Position numbers and translations under genes: made by a program. A stretch of 64,000 nucleotides of DNA from Eubacteriales bacterium (GTDB lineage Bacteria > Bacillota > Clostridia > Peptostreptococcales > Anaerovoracaceae). The DNA is taken from assembly GCA_028693645.1 (NCBI GenBank), contig JAQUUY010000001.1, forward strand, positions 30,318 through 94,317, read 5' to 3'. The notes under the pieces are model-generated. The model worked only from the letters and a program-made list of their open reading frames with translations, was not told the origin of the DNA and did no database searches. Below, in pieces: positions 1 through 9,443 of this stretch. Position 1 is the stretch's first letter, and every line of letters starts with the position of its first letter.

Positions 1-264
1 GCACTTTCGGGGTTGGCACTTGTATATATGGCATTGGTTATGCCCGTTTTGTTCCGTTTTGGCGTCGAAAAAGGAAGACTTCTGATGATGATGCTTTTGT
101 TTGGAGCGACAGGGCTTATCGTCTATTTCTCTACAAATTCAGAAAGTCTGCCGTCGGCGCAAACGCTTAATCTGGCGGCGAAGCTTTCGCCGAGTATAGT
201 GATTGCGGTTCTTTTGACATCGTTTCTTCTTTCCAGTAAAATATATGAAAAGAGAGAATTATAA
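1..264 (+). CDS. C-terminal fragment of an integral membrane protein; the gene starts upstream of the window
   Basis: The frame is open from base 1. The translation is hydrophobic with 2-3 predicted TM helices (LALVYMALVMPVLF..., LLFGATGLIVYF, IVIAVLLTSFLL). No diagnostic motif. Confidence 0.4.
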   Translation, partial: ALSGLALVYMALVMPVLFRFGVEKGRLLMMMLLFGATGLIVYFSTNSESLPSAQTLNLAAKLSPSIVIAVLLTSFLLSSKIYEKREL

Positions 265-279
265 GCAGGGAGGGAAACC

Positions 280-948
280 ATGGATCCCGAAAAAAGAAAA
301 AACAGCACTTCCGTCTGCTATATCGTCGGAGCAGGAAGCTTTGCAGAACGCCGGATTTTGCGTGAAAGCGGAGATTATATCATTGCAGCCGACGGAGGGT
401 ATGCTCATCTGGATCGAATCGGAATCGTTCCGGATCTTCTTCTGGGAGATTTTGATTCGCTTGAAAAAATTCCCGACTTTGAGCAAATCATTCGTCTGCC
501 GAAAGAAAAAGATGACACGGATATGCTTTTTGCCGTGAAAAAAGGATATTCTTTGGGATTCCGGAAATTTGTTTTATATGGTGGAGTCGGAGGACGGCTT
601 GATCATACCTTGGCAAATATCCAGACACTTGCCTATTTATCCCAAAATGGAGCAAGCGGTTTTCTTGTTGGCGAAGGACGTGTCATTACAGCTATAACGA
701 ATGGAAAACTTGATTTTAAAAGAGAGCGAGAAGGAATCCTCTCGGTCTTTTGTCACGGAGCGGAAGCAAGAGGTGTTGAGCTTAAAGGGCTAAAGTTTCC
801 CTTAAACGATGCGGTACTTACTGCAACGATGCCTCTTGGAGTCAGCAATGAATTTATCGGAAGCGCAAGCTCGGTCTCCGTGAAAGAGGGAACCCTCCTT
901 ATTTTTTGGTCACAAGAAGAATTTTGTTATGGGGGGGAGCCCCTCTAA
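280..948 (+). CDS. thiN: thiamine diphosphokinase
   Basis: 222 aa. Motifs GDFDSL, KDDTDM and GGRLDHTLANI are typical of the TPK family. RBS GGGAGGG lies upstream. Confidence 0.85.
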   Translation: MDPEKRKNSTSVCYIVGAGSFAERRILRESGDYIIAADGGYAHLDRIGIVPDLLLGDFDSLEKIPDFEQIIRLPKEKDDTDMLFAVKKGYSLGFRKFVLYGGVGGRLDHTLANIQTLAYLSQNGASGFLVGEGRVITAITNGKLDFKREREGILSVFCHGAEARGVELKGLKFPLNDAVLTATMPLGVSNEFIGSASSVSVKEGTLLIFWSQEEFCYGGEPL

Positions 949-1052
949 AAGCTCTGTGCATTTTGTAATAATATGAAAATAAAAATGTTTAATGCCGGCT
1001 CAAAAAAGAAATAAATGGTATGATATAGAAAACACAAGCAGGAGGAAAGAAA

Positions 1053-1502
1053 ATGACAATCCGCTACGTGCATACAAATATAATTGCCAGAGACTGGAAG
1101 AGTCTTTCCCTTTTTTATCAAAAAGTATTCGGATGCAAGCCGGTACCACCGCCAAGAGATATTTGCGGGGAGTGGATTGACAAGATGACCGGAATAAAAA
1201 AAGTCCATATTACCGGAGAGCATTTAGCCTTGCCCGGATATGAGGATCCTTCGCCGACCCTTGAAATTTTCTCCTACAATACCATGGATCTAAGCAATCA
1301 CAAAAATATCAATGCAGTTGGCCTTGGTCATATTGCATTCGAAGTCGATAACATCGTCGAAACCCTTCGTAAAGTATTGACAGAAGGGGGAAGCCCACTC
1401 GGCGAGATTGTTCAGGCGGTTTATCCTGATGGGCGCACTGCCAGTTTTATGTATGTAAAAGACCCGGAAGGCAATATTATCGAATTACAAAAATGGAAAT
1501 AA
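1053..1502 (+). CDS. VOC (glyoxalase/bleomycin-resistance/dioxygenase) family protein
   Basis: 149 aa. The HIAFEVDN and DPEGNIIEL motifs are typical of the VOC fold. Strong RBS AGGAGGAAAG. Confidence 0.75.
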   Translation: MTIRYVHTNIIARDWKSLSLFYQKVFGCKPVPPPRDICGEWIDKMTGIKKVHITGEHLALPGYEDPSPTLEIFSYNTMDLSNHKNINAVGLGHIAFEVDNIVETLRKVLTEGGSPLGEIVQAVYPDGRTASFMYVKDPEGNIIELQKWK

Positions 1503-1675
1503 AACCTTCGCTTGCTTTCTTTAATTGCTTTTGATATAATCCAAAGTAATAATATATTAAACACAATAACATTCAATCTTGTATGTTATGGAAACTTTAC
1601 TATCTTAGGTGTCATGACAAATCTATTTCCAGTGTTTTCAGTTCAAATGACTTTTACTGTTGGAGCAGAAAAAAG

Positions 1676-1840
1676 ATGAATAAGACTGATGAACGGAACG
1701 ATCTGCACAATGCACAAAGAGAATTTTTGACTCAAAAGTTGAAATTTGGTATTTTAGGCCGCTTGCATGCGGACGATGCATTATCAGAACAAGACTTCCT
1801 GACAATCCTCAACGAACGAAAAAAAACGAATAGAGAATAA
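1676..1840 (+). CDS. small hypothetical protein (54 aa)
   Basis: An internal ATG of the 1583..1840 ORF is preceded by GGAG at a 10-nt spacing, and the ORF is followed by a terminator hairpin. The C-terminal half (LGRLHADDALSEQDFLTILNERKK) resembles short SHOCT-like helices. Confidence 0.35.
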   Translation: MNKTDERNDLHNAQREFLTQKLKFGILGRLHADDALSEQDFLTILNERKKTNRE

Positions 1841-1864
1841 GGCGAACGCCTGAATAAAAAAAAT

Positions 1865-1899
1865 AAGCTACCGGCAATGATACCGGCAGCTTATTCTTA
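1865..1899. terminator. bidirectional rho-independent terminator between convergent genes
   Basis: AAGCTACCGG (1865-1874) pairs with CCGGCAGCTT (1883-1892) at 9 of 10 bp. An A-run lies upstream and a T-rich tract downstream. Confidence 0.7.
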
Positions 1900-1906
1900 C
1901 GTGAAG

Positions 1907-3145
1907 TTATAGTTCGAATTCATCGGCATCGCTGTAAGCTAGCGATTTTGTTCCAAGGAGACCAACCAAGAACCCAACGATTCTACCGCCGATAAAAGCA
2001 ATCAGGACAGTAGTGACGATACCCAGAAGCTGCACACCCGCATTTCCCGTGATGAGAATGGCGGAAAGACCTCCAAGTAAGCCCGGCATACCGTGAAGAT
2101 TGTGTACTCCGCAAGTATCCGCTCCACGAATCAATCGTTCAATCTTCGGTGCAATGATGGAAAAACCACAAGTACTTAAGGTTCCGGCTGCAATACCGAG
2201 GAGTAAAGACATTCCGGGATTACCCATATCACAGGTAGATCCGATTGCGACGCCGCCGGCAAGTGCTGCGTTTGCAATATCTTCAATATCGATATGTCCT
2301 CTGATGAGTTTCGTGAAGATATATGTGGCAATCGTTGCGCCACAAAGTGCAAAAATGGTGTTGACTGCGGTCAGAACAACTCTGTCAGGGGCAACAATCG
2401 CACTGGTGAAGGAAGGCCAGAACACCCACAAGATTAAGCTGCCGAGGAGGCAAAATTGATTGCTGACAGGGTCACTTTCGCAGGAAGGTGACTCTTTGAA
2501 TTTTTTCGCGGTCGTTGCTACAAAGCCAAGTCCGAAATAGGCTCCGAAAGCATGAATCAAAACACTGCCGCCCGTATCAAGGAAACCTGCATAGTTTCCG
2601 CTTTCAAGGACAAGCCATTCATTGAAAAAATAGATTGGTACAAATAAGATGCCGAGTAGCAGATACTGATCCATTTTTAGACGGCCGAGAGGGGCGCCGA
2701 TTGTAATCAATAAGCTGGCGGCACAAAATTCAGCAAAAAGAAAGGTCTCGATACTTAAGGGAGAGCCTTCGCCTTCAAGACTTTTAATCAACATATATAC
2801 TGGGATTGCAACACTTACGACTAGGAGCGTTGCGGTGATTGAGCTGAAGCCGTGGCCTCTGACAAAGCACATGAGAAATCCGAATCCGAGAAGAAGCATG
2901 GCGAGAACGTGAATTGATCTGCCATATTGTAAGGTGTCAAAAATGGTTTGCATTTCACCCGAAAAAGAACCTTCTCCACCATTGCTTAGGGCCGCCATAT
3001 CATGTGCGACTCCTTCATTCAGCGAGGGCAAGAAGGCCAGTCCAACAAAAATAAAAAAAATGAGTGCGATTAGTAAAAAAGGAACGTTCTTTGAATTATT
3101 GTGAGGAAGCGTTCCTTCACCAGGATGTTTTGACATTGTGTTCAC
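1907..3145 (-). CDS. ammonium transporter, Rh-type signature
   Basis: 412 aa, about 11 TM helices. Contains DTGGSVLIHAFGAYFGLG and CGVHNLHGMPGLLGG. RBS GGAGTG. Confidence 0.85.
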   Translation of the reverse strand: MNTMSKHPGEGTLPHNNSKNVPFLLIALIFFIFVGLAFLPSLNEGVAHDMAALSNGGEGSFSGEMQTIFDTLQYGRSIHVLAMLLLGFGFLMCFVRGHGFSSITATLLVVSVAIPVYMLIKSLEGEGSPLSIETFLFAEFCAASLLITIGAPLGRLKMDQYLLLGILFVPIYFFNEWLVLESGNYAGFLDTGGSVLIHAFGAYFGLGFVATTAKKFKESPSCESDPVSNQFCLLGSLILWVFWPSFTSAIVAPDRVVLTAVNTIFALCGATIATYIFTKLIRGHIDIEDIANAALAGGVAIGSTCDMGNPGMSLLLGIAAGTLSTCGFSIIAPKIERLIRGADTCGVHNLHGMPGLLGGLSAILITGNAGVQLLGIVTTVLIAFIGGRIVGFLVGLLGTKSLAYSDADEFEL

Positions 3146-3429
3146 TCCTTATAAAATATTTGTCAATAATTTAACGTACGCAACTCAAACTATAACACTC
3201 GGGAGCACGTTTGTAAATGTTGGAACAGTATTTTATTAACAATCTTCCACTGAAAATTTTTCAAGGAGTAAAAAAAAACAGAAGCCTTCCTTTTTATGTA
3301 AATAGGCTAAAGTTTTTTTATAAAGAGCCGATATAAATCTAAAGGATTCTGAACACATTTATTAGTAACAAAGAAATCATAAATCTGTGGTATATTGGTT
3401 TCTTTGCAGATAGAAAGGAAGGAAAAGCT

Positions 3430-4041
3430 ATGGTAAACTCCATTGAACTGTTTCCGCAATCGCAGACCGGCTATTCCGTCAATGCCAATAAGACACCCAA
3501 GACAGAGACCGTTCCGATTGAGGCTCAAAACAGTGGGCTAAATGTAGACACTTTAGAATTGAGCAATCAAAGTGCCTCTGACAAGGTTTATACGAAAGCG
3601 GATACCAAACAGGCAGACATGACGATGATTAAAGAATTGCAGGAAGCTGCTGAATTTACGACGCGTAATCTCATGTCCTTGGTCGAAAAACTGATTTTGA
3701 AACAAACGAAACATACAAATCTTGCTTCGCTTTACGGCAAAAATCTTTCGCAAACAGAGGCAGTTACCGTTTCTCAAGCCTCTGAGTCGATTTCTGAAAC
3801 AGGCGATTTTGGTGTGGAAGCCGTTAGCGATCGCATCGTCGATTTTGCAATCAAGGTTTCCGGTGGAGACACTTCCAAATTGGAAGTGTTAAAAGGAGCA
3901 ATCCAAAAGGGATTTGAAGCTGCGGGCAAAGAATGGGGCGGAGATCTTCCCAGTATCAGCATGCAGACTTACGATAGAATCATGGAAAAGCTGGACAAAT
4001 GGGCAGGAACAGAAAAGACAGAATCGAGCAACCTCGTTTAA
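3430..4041 (+). CDS. hypothetical protein
   Basis: 203 aa, RBS AAGGAAGGAA, soluble, no TM helix or catalytic motif recognised. Followed by a strong terminator. Confidence 0.6.
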   Translation: MVNSIELFPQSQTGYSVNANKTPKTETVPIEAQNSGLNVDTLELSNQSASDKVYTKADTKQADMTMIKELQEAAEFTTRNLMSLVEKLILKQTKHTNLASLYGKNLSQTEAVTVSQASESISETGDFGVEAVSDRIVDFAIKVSGGDTSKLEVLKGAIQKGFEAAGKEWGGDLPSISMQTYDRIMEKLDKWAGTEKTESSNLV

Positions 4042-4090
4042 TTGAAACGAGTTTGCAGTGAACGATAATAACAATAATAGTAATACACAG

Positions 4091-4127
4091 GGAGTCCTTT
4101 AATCATAGATGGAAGGACTCTTTTTTT
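4091..4127 (+). terminator. rho-independent terminator
   Basis: GAGTCCTT (4092-4099) pairs with AAGGACTC (4113-4120), followed by T7. Confidence 0.8.
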
Positions 4128-4143
4128 ATGATAAAAATAACTT

Positions 4144-4159
4144 TGTTGTATTTACAACA
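4144..4159. promoter_or_regulatory. 16-bp palindrome TGTTGTA-TT-TACAACA, candidate operator
   Basis: Perfect 7+7 inverted repeat about 110 nt upstream of the 4Fe-4S protein gene. The cognate regulator is unknown. Confidence 0.25.
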
Positions 4160-4266
4160 GAAACTTCTGAAAAAAGATGATATGTTTGTAGCAGATAAGA
4201 GAGAAAAGCTTAAAACTGGGTATGAATGAATCGTTAGAATAAACGAGAAATCGGGAGGATAAAAAA

Positions 4267-4986
4267 ATGTTAAGACAAATTATAAAAATCGACGAAGAAA
4301 AATGTAACGGTTGTGGAGCTTGTGCAGAAGCCTGCCATGAAGGCGCCATCAAGATGATTGATGGAAAAGCGAAACTGATTCGTGACGACTATTGTGACGG
4401 ATTGGGGAATTGTCTCCCTGTGTGCCCGACCGGAGCAATCACTTTTGAACAAAGAGAAGCTGCAGCTTATGATGAGGCGGCAGTACTTGCCAAAAAAGAT
4501 GAAAATCTGCCCCCGCTCGCTTGCGGCTGTCCCGGGACGCATTCCAAAATGATTGATCGTGCTTGCGCTGCAGAACCACAGATGGCAAAAGTGTCTCAGG
4601 AAATGCCGATGGCTCAAAATGAAAGTACTCTTTCGCAGTGGCCGGTACAGATTAAACTCGTTCCGATAAACGCACCGTATTTTAACCAAGCAAATCTTTT
4701 GATCGCGGCCGATTGTGCTGCTTATGCCTATGGTGATTTCCATAACAAATTCATCAAAAACAGGATTACTTTAATCGGTTGTCCTAAGCTTGATGAAGGC
4801 GATTATTCAGAAAAACTGACGGCTATTCTCAGAGAAAACAACATAAAAAGTGTTACCGTTGTTAGAATGGAAGTCCCTTGCTGCGGAGGAATCGAAAATG
4901 CAGTAAAAGATGCCTTGATGAAGTGCGGAAAAATGATTCCTTGGCAGGTTGTCACGATTTCGACGGATGGAAAGATTCTGGAATAA
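4267..4986 (+). CDS. 4Fe-4S dicluster domain-containing protein
   Basis: Two ferredoxin motifs (CNGCGACAEAC and CDGLGNCLPVCP) plus a Cys-containing C-terminal domain (VPCCGG). RBS GGGAGGA. Confidence 0.8.
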   Translation: MLRQIIKIDEEKCNGCGACAEACHEGAIKMIDGKAKLIRDDYCDGLGNCLPVCPTGAITFEQREAAAYDEAAVLAKKDENLPPLACGCPGTHSKMIDRACAAEPQMAKVSQEMPMAQNESTLSQWPVQIKLVPINAPYFNQANLLIAADCAAYAYGDFHNKFIKNRITLIGCPKLDEGDYSEKLTAILRENNIKSVTVVRMEVPCCGGIENAVKDALMKCGKMIPWQVVTISTDGKILE

Positions 4987-5094
4987 AGGGCGTGTAACTT
5001 GGTATTTCTATCGAACCCCCGTTTTAATATGATATAATGAACCCATATATACTTAATGGGTCAATGATATCAAATAACGAAAGCGAGAGAATAG

Positions 5095-5583
5095 ATGGGA
5101 GTACCAAAGACAAATGCTGTTAGAATCTTAGAAGCACAGCGCATTCCGTATTCGCTAAAAACTTATGATGCGCCGGATGGATTTCTCGATGGAGTATCTG
5201 TCGCAAAGCAAGTGGGTTCCCCGGTGGAAATCGTTTTCAAAACACTGGTCACACAAGGAGCAAGCAAGGAATACTTTGTATGTGTGGTACCGGTAGCGGA
5301 GGAGCTTGATCTAAAAAAAGCGGCGAAGCATTTTGCTGAAAAAAAACTTGAGATGATTCCGGCAAAAGATATCAACCTTGTTACCGGTTATATCAAAGGA
5401 GGTTGTTCTCCGGTCGGAATGAAAAAACTATACAAAACAGCGATTGATCAGAGCGCACGTTCGCATGAACGAATTGTTGTGAGCGGCGGAAAAGTGGGAC
5501 TGCAGATGGAACTGCCGGTCTCTGATCTTATCACAATCACAAAAGCAGTTGCTTGTGATTTGATTGTGACGGATCCAATTTAA
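5095..5583 (+). CDS. ybaK: Cys-tRNA(Pro)/Cys-tRNA(Cys) deacylase, YbaK family
   Basis: 162 aa. N-terminus TNAVRILE..., with GYIKGGCSPVG typical of the YbaK/EbsC trans-editing domain. Confidence 0.8.
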   Translation: MGVPKTNAVRILEAQRIPYSLKTYDAPDGFLDGVSVAKQVGSPVEIVFKTLVTQGASKEYFVCVVPVAEELDLKKAAKHFAEKKLEMIPAKDINLVTGYIKGGCSPVGMKKLYKTAIDQSARSHERIVVSGGKVGLQMELPVSDLITITKAVACDLIVTDPI

Positions 5584-5783
5584 ATAAATCAATACAGGGA
5601 ACGCAGAGTTTGAAAGAACGAAGCGTTCCTTTGTGATTGCAGATAAATTCAAAAAGTGCTACACTAAAAACAGATGGATGATTTTGTATGATTCCACCAA
5701 TTAACGGAACACTGCACTGCTGAGATAAAGTGATAACGAGATAAACAATAGGGGAGTAATAGCTGAATAGTGGAGGGAAATCT

Positions 5784-7310
5784 ATGAATACAGTGATTAT
5801 TGGCGAAGGGAAACTAACGCTCGAAGAATTGCAAGAGGTAATTAGAGGCGGGAGTTTGATTGCTCTGTCAGAAACGGCCAAAACCTTGATGCAAAAATCG
5901 AGAGATATGGTGGAAACTTGTGTGACCGAAGAAAAGATCGTGTATGGATTAACGACCGGATTTGGCAAATTCAGCGACGTAACAATTTCCCTTGACGACA
6001 GCATTAAACTGCAAGAAAACCTTATCACAAGTCATTCTTGTGGGGTTGGTGAGCCTTTGCCAATAGAAGTTGTTCGTGCCATGATGTTGCTTCGCATCAA
6101 TGCCTTGGCCGTCGGGTATTCCGGCATTCGAATCACAACGGTCGAAACACTGCTCGAAATGCTAAATAAAGGAGTGATTCCCGTTGTCCCGTCAAAAGGA
6201 TCTCTTGGGGCAAGCGGCGATCTTGTTCCTTTGGCCCACATGAGTCTTGTTTTATTGGGCATGGGGGAAGCGTATTATCAGGGGCAAAGAATGAGCGGAC
6301 AAGAGGCAATGCAGCGTGCGGAGATTGATCCTGTCAAGCTAACCTCAAAAGAAGGGCTTGCTTTGATCAATGGGACTCCGGCGATGTGCTCTCTGGGTGC
6401 GCTTTCAGTGATTGATGCCATTACGCTCTTAAAAACCGCGGAAATCATTGCGGCCTTATCTATGGAAGCAGAAAACGGAGTCATCGATGCCATGGATGAA
6501 CGGATTCATGTTCTTCGGAGGCAACCGGGTCAGATTGTGACAGCGGAGAATATGAGACGCTTGCTTAACGGAAGCAAATATATAACAAGACAAGGCGAAA
6601 AACGAGTGCAAGACGCGTATGTGTTTCGCTGTATCCCACAGATTCATGGGGCAAGCAGAGAGGCCATTGAGTATGTGCGAACGATGATTGATCGCGAAAT
6701 GAATGCGGTCACGGATAACCCCGTTATCTTTCCGGACACAAAGGAAGCGATTTCAGGCGGGAATTTCCATGGACAGTACCTTGCTCTCGGACTTGATTTT
6801 CTGGGAATCGCCTTAGCGGAACTTGCCAATGTATCAGAACGGCGGATTGAACGCTTGGTCAACCCCGCGTTGAGCGGATTACCTGCGTTTTTGATTAAAA
6901 ACGGCGGAGTAAATTCCGGTTTAATGATTGCACAGTACACGGCGGCCTCGCTTGTTTCGGAAAACAAAGTGCTTGCTCATCCTGCCAGTGTGGATTCTAT
7001 TCCTACTTCGGCAAACCAAGAAGATCATGTCAGCATGGGAATGACCTCCGCTCGTAAAGCGCGGGAAATCCTTTTTAACGCAATCAATGTTCTTGCGATT
7101 GAGCTGCTATGCGCAGGGCAAGCAATTGAATTTCAGGGTTCCGCGGGGCTTGCACCCGCCACAGCGGCGGTGTATCATACGCTGCGAAAAGCGGTACCGC
7201 CACTTGATCAAGATCGCATCCTTTACCCGGATATCGAGCAATGCGTGCAGTTGATTTGGGACGGTACGATTTTAAAAGCGGCAGAAGCAGCAATCGGTGA
7301 ATTGAAATAA
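5784..7310 (+). CDS. hutH: histidine ammonia-lyase
   Basis: 508 aa. Carries the MIO-forming GSLGASGDLVPLAH motif. RBS GGAGGG. Confidence 0.95.
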   Translation: MNTVIIGEGKLTLEELQEVIRGGSLIALSETAKTLMQKSRDMVETCVTEEKIVYGLTTGFGKFSDVTISLDDSIKLQENLITSHSCGVGEPLPIEVVRAMMLLRINALAVGYSGIRITTVETLLEMLNKGVIPVVPSKGSLGASGDLVPLAHMSLVLLGMGEAYYQGQRMSGQEAMQRAEIDPVKLTSKEGLALINGTPAMCSLGALSVIDAITLLKTAEIIAALSMEAENGVIDAMDERIHVLRRQPGQIVTAENMRRLLNGSKYITRQGEKRVQDAYVFRCIPQIHGASREAIEYVRTMIDREMNAVTDNPVIFPDTKEAISGGNFHGQYLALGLDFLGIALAELANVSERRIERLVNPALSGLPAFLIKNGGVNSGLMIAQYTAASLVSENKVLAHPASVDSIPTSANQEDHVSMGMTSARKAREILFNAINVLAIELLCAGQAIEFQGSAGLAPATAAVYHTLRKAVPPLDQDRILYPDIEQCVQLIWDGTILKAAEAAIGELK

Positions 7311-7326
7311 GGAAATAGGAGGAAGC

Positions 7327-9357
7327 ATGTTAAACAATGAGCAAATTGCAGAGGCCATGAAAATCTGTTTATCGGGCGAACTTCCGCCGGTCAAACCTTT
7401 TGTTGAAGGGATTCGCCGAGCGCCTAAAAGAGAATTCACCTTGAATGAAAACGATACCTTGCTTGCTTTGAAAAATGCACTTCGTTATGTTCCGCCGGAA
7501 TGGCATGAGGAGTTAATTCCTGAGTTCTTGGAGGAGTTATTTAGCCGAGGCCGTATCTATGGCTATCGTTTTCGTCCGGAAGGCGAGATCAAAGCAAAAG
7601 CAATCGAGGAATACAAAGGGAACTGCATTGAGGGAAAAGCGTTTCAACTTATGATAGACAACAATCTTGATTTTGCTGTTGCCTTATATCCATATGAACT
7701 TGTTACCTATGGTGAGACCGGACAGGTTTGCCAAAACTGGATGCAATATCTTTTGCTGAAAAAATACCTTGAGGAGCTTACCGACGAGCAAACCCTGGTC
7801 GTGGCATCCGGTCATCCTTTGGGTGTATTCCGCTCTCCAAAAACTGCTTCGCGGGCAATTCTAACAAATGGCTTAATGATTGGCTTGTTTGATGACCAGG
7901 AAAACTGGCATCGTGCGGCCGCTTTGGGAGTTGCGAATTATGGACAGATGACTGCAGGCGGTTGGATGTACATCGGACCCCAAGGAATCGTTCACGGCAC
8001 CTTTAGCACTCTACTGAACGCCGGGAGAGCCAAACTTGGAATACCGGACGAAGAAGACCTCAAGGGGGTATTGTTTGTTAGCTCCGGCCTTGGCGGAATG
8101 AGTGGAGCACAGGGGAAAGCCGCGGAAATAGCGGGTGCAGTCGGACTCATTGCAGAGGTTGATGAATCGCGGATTAAGACGCGATTTGAGCAAGGATGGA
8201 TTAGCGAAATCGCAAGCTCAGAAAAAGAAGCTTTTGCTCTTGCAGAAAAACACCTTGTCCAAAAGAGTCCTGCGTCGATTGCCTACCATGGCAATATCGT
8301 CGACCTATTGGAGTATGCAGCTGCACAAGGAAAAAAAATAGCCTTGCTTTCTGATCAGACATCCTGCCATGCCGTCTATGATGGGGGCTATTGCCCGCAG
8401 GGATTATCCTTTGAAGAGCGAACCAGGCTTCTGACTGAGGATAAGGCAAGCTTTTGCAAAAAGGTGGATGCGTCTTTGAAACGTCATTTTGAAGCAATTA
8501 AGGCGTTGACTCAACAGGGGACCTACTTTTTTGATTACGGAAATAGCTTTATGAAGGCAATTTTTGATGCAGGTCAAAAGGAAATCTGTAAAAATGGAAG
8601 AGATGAGAGGGATGGCTTTGTTTTCCCATCCTACGTTGAGGATATTCTCGGTCCTCGCCTTTTTGATTATGGATATGGCCCATTTCGTTGGATTTGCCTT
8701 TCCGGAAAAAAAGAAGACTTGCATACGACGGATCAGGCAGCGATGGAGTGCATCAATCCCGAACGGAGATACCAAGATCGGGACAATTATAATTGGATTA
8801 GAGATGCAGAAAAAAATAGGCTGGTGGTGGGATCGCAGGCTCGGATTCTTTATCAGGATGCGTTTGGGAGAAGAGACATTGCGCTACGTTTTAATAAGCT
8901 TGTGCGGGACGGAGAATGTGGTCCGATTATGATGGGCCGAGATCACCATGACACCGGAGGGACGGATTCGCCTTTCCGAGAAACCTCAAATATCAAGGAC
9001 GGCAGTAATATCATGGCTGATATGGCAACGCAGGTATTCGCGGGAAACTGTGCAAGGGGAATGAGTCTTGTGGCCCTGCATAATGGCGGCGGCGTCGGAA
9101 TCGGCAAATCCATCAACGGCGGGTTTGGGATGGTTCTCGATGGCAGCGAGAGGGTAGATGAGATTTTGAAAACTGCAATGCTTTGGGATGTCATGGGCGG
9201 CGTTTCAAGAAGAGCATGGGCGAGAAATGAAAATGCCTTGGAAACCAGTGCGGATTATAATCGGAGAGAGCCGGGAAATCATATCACGCTTCCCTACTTA
9301 GCCGAGGATGAAGAGGCCTTGAGAAAGTTTGTGCATGAGGAATACGCGAAAAGGTAG
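7327..9357 (+). CDS. hutU: urocanate hydratase (long form)
   Basis: 676 aa with urocanase-like blocks (GQMTAGGWMYIGPQGIVHGT, GLGGMSGAQ). Follows hutH by 16 nt. Confidence 0.93.
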   Translation: MLNNEQIAEAMKICLSGELPPVKPFVEGIRRAPKREFTLNENDTLLALKNALRYVPPEWHEELIPEFLEELFSRGRIYGYRFRPEGEIKAKAIEEYKGNCIEGKAFQLMIDNNLDFAVALYPYELVTYGETGQVCQNWMQYLLLKKYLEELTDEQTLVVASGHPLGVFRSPKTASRAILTNGLMIGLFDDQENWHRAAALGVANYGQMTAGGWMYIGPQGIVHGTFSTLLNAGRAKLGIPDEEDLKGVLFVSSGLGGMSGAQGKAAEIAGAVGLIAEVDESRIKTRFEQGWISEIASSEKEAFALAEKHLVQKSPASIAYHGNIVDLLEYAAAQGKKIALLSDQTSCHAVYDGGYCPQGLSFEERTRLLTEDKASFCKKVDASLKRHFEAIKALTQQGTYFFDYGNSFMKAIFDAGQKEICKNGRDERDGFVFPSYVEDILGPRLFDYGYGPFRWICLSGKKEDLHTTDQAAMECINPERRYQDRDNYNWIRDAEKNRLVVGSQARILYQDAFGRRDIALRFNKLVRDGECGPIMMGRDHHDTGGTDSPFRETSNIKDGSNIMADMATQVFAGNCARGMSLVALHNGGGVGIGKSINGGFGMVLDGSERVDEILKTAMLWDVMGGVSRRAWARNENALETSADYNRREPGNHITLPYLAEDEEALRKFVHEEYAKR

Positions 9358-9443
9358 AAGTCAGGAATTCTTTCGGTTATAATAGTAAAAACAAACGGGC
9401 AATTAAGACAAGAAAAGCTTGCAGTGAAACAAGGAGGCTTATT

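Noticed and set aside
3211-3240. TnrA/GlnR-like sequence TGTAAATGTTGGAACA upstream of the ammonium channel gene.
   Set aside because: The half sites TGTAA/GAACA are 6 nt apart rather than the 7 nt of TGTNA-N7-TNACA, and the second half is imperfect. That is too weak to call.
5596-5632. Possible terminator after ybaK (GGAACGC...GCGTTCC).
   Set aside because: It has only a 7-bp stem, an 18-nt loop and a poor T-tract, so I did not list it as a feature.
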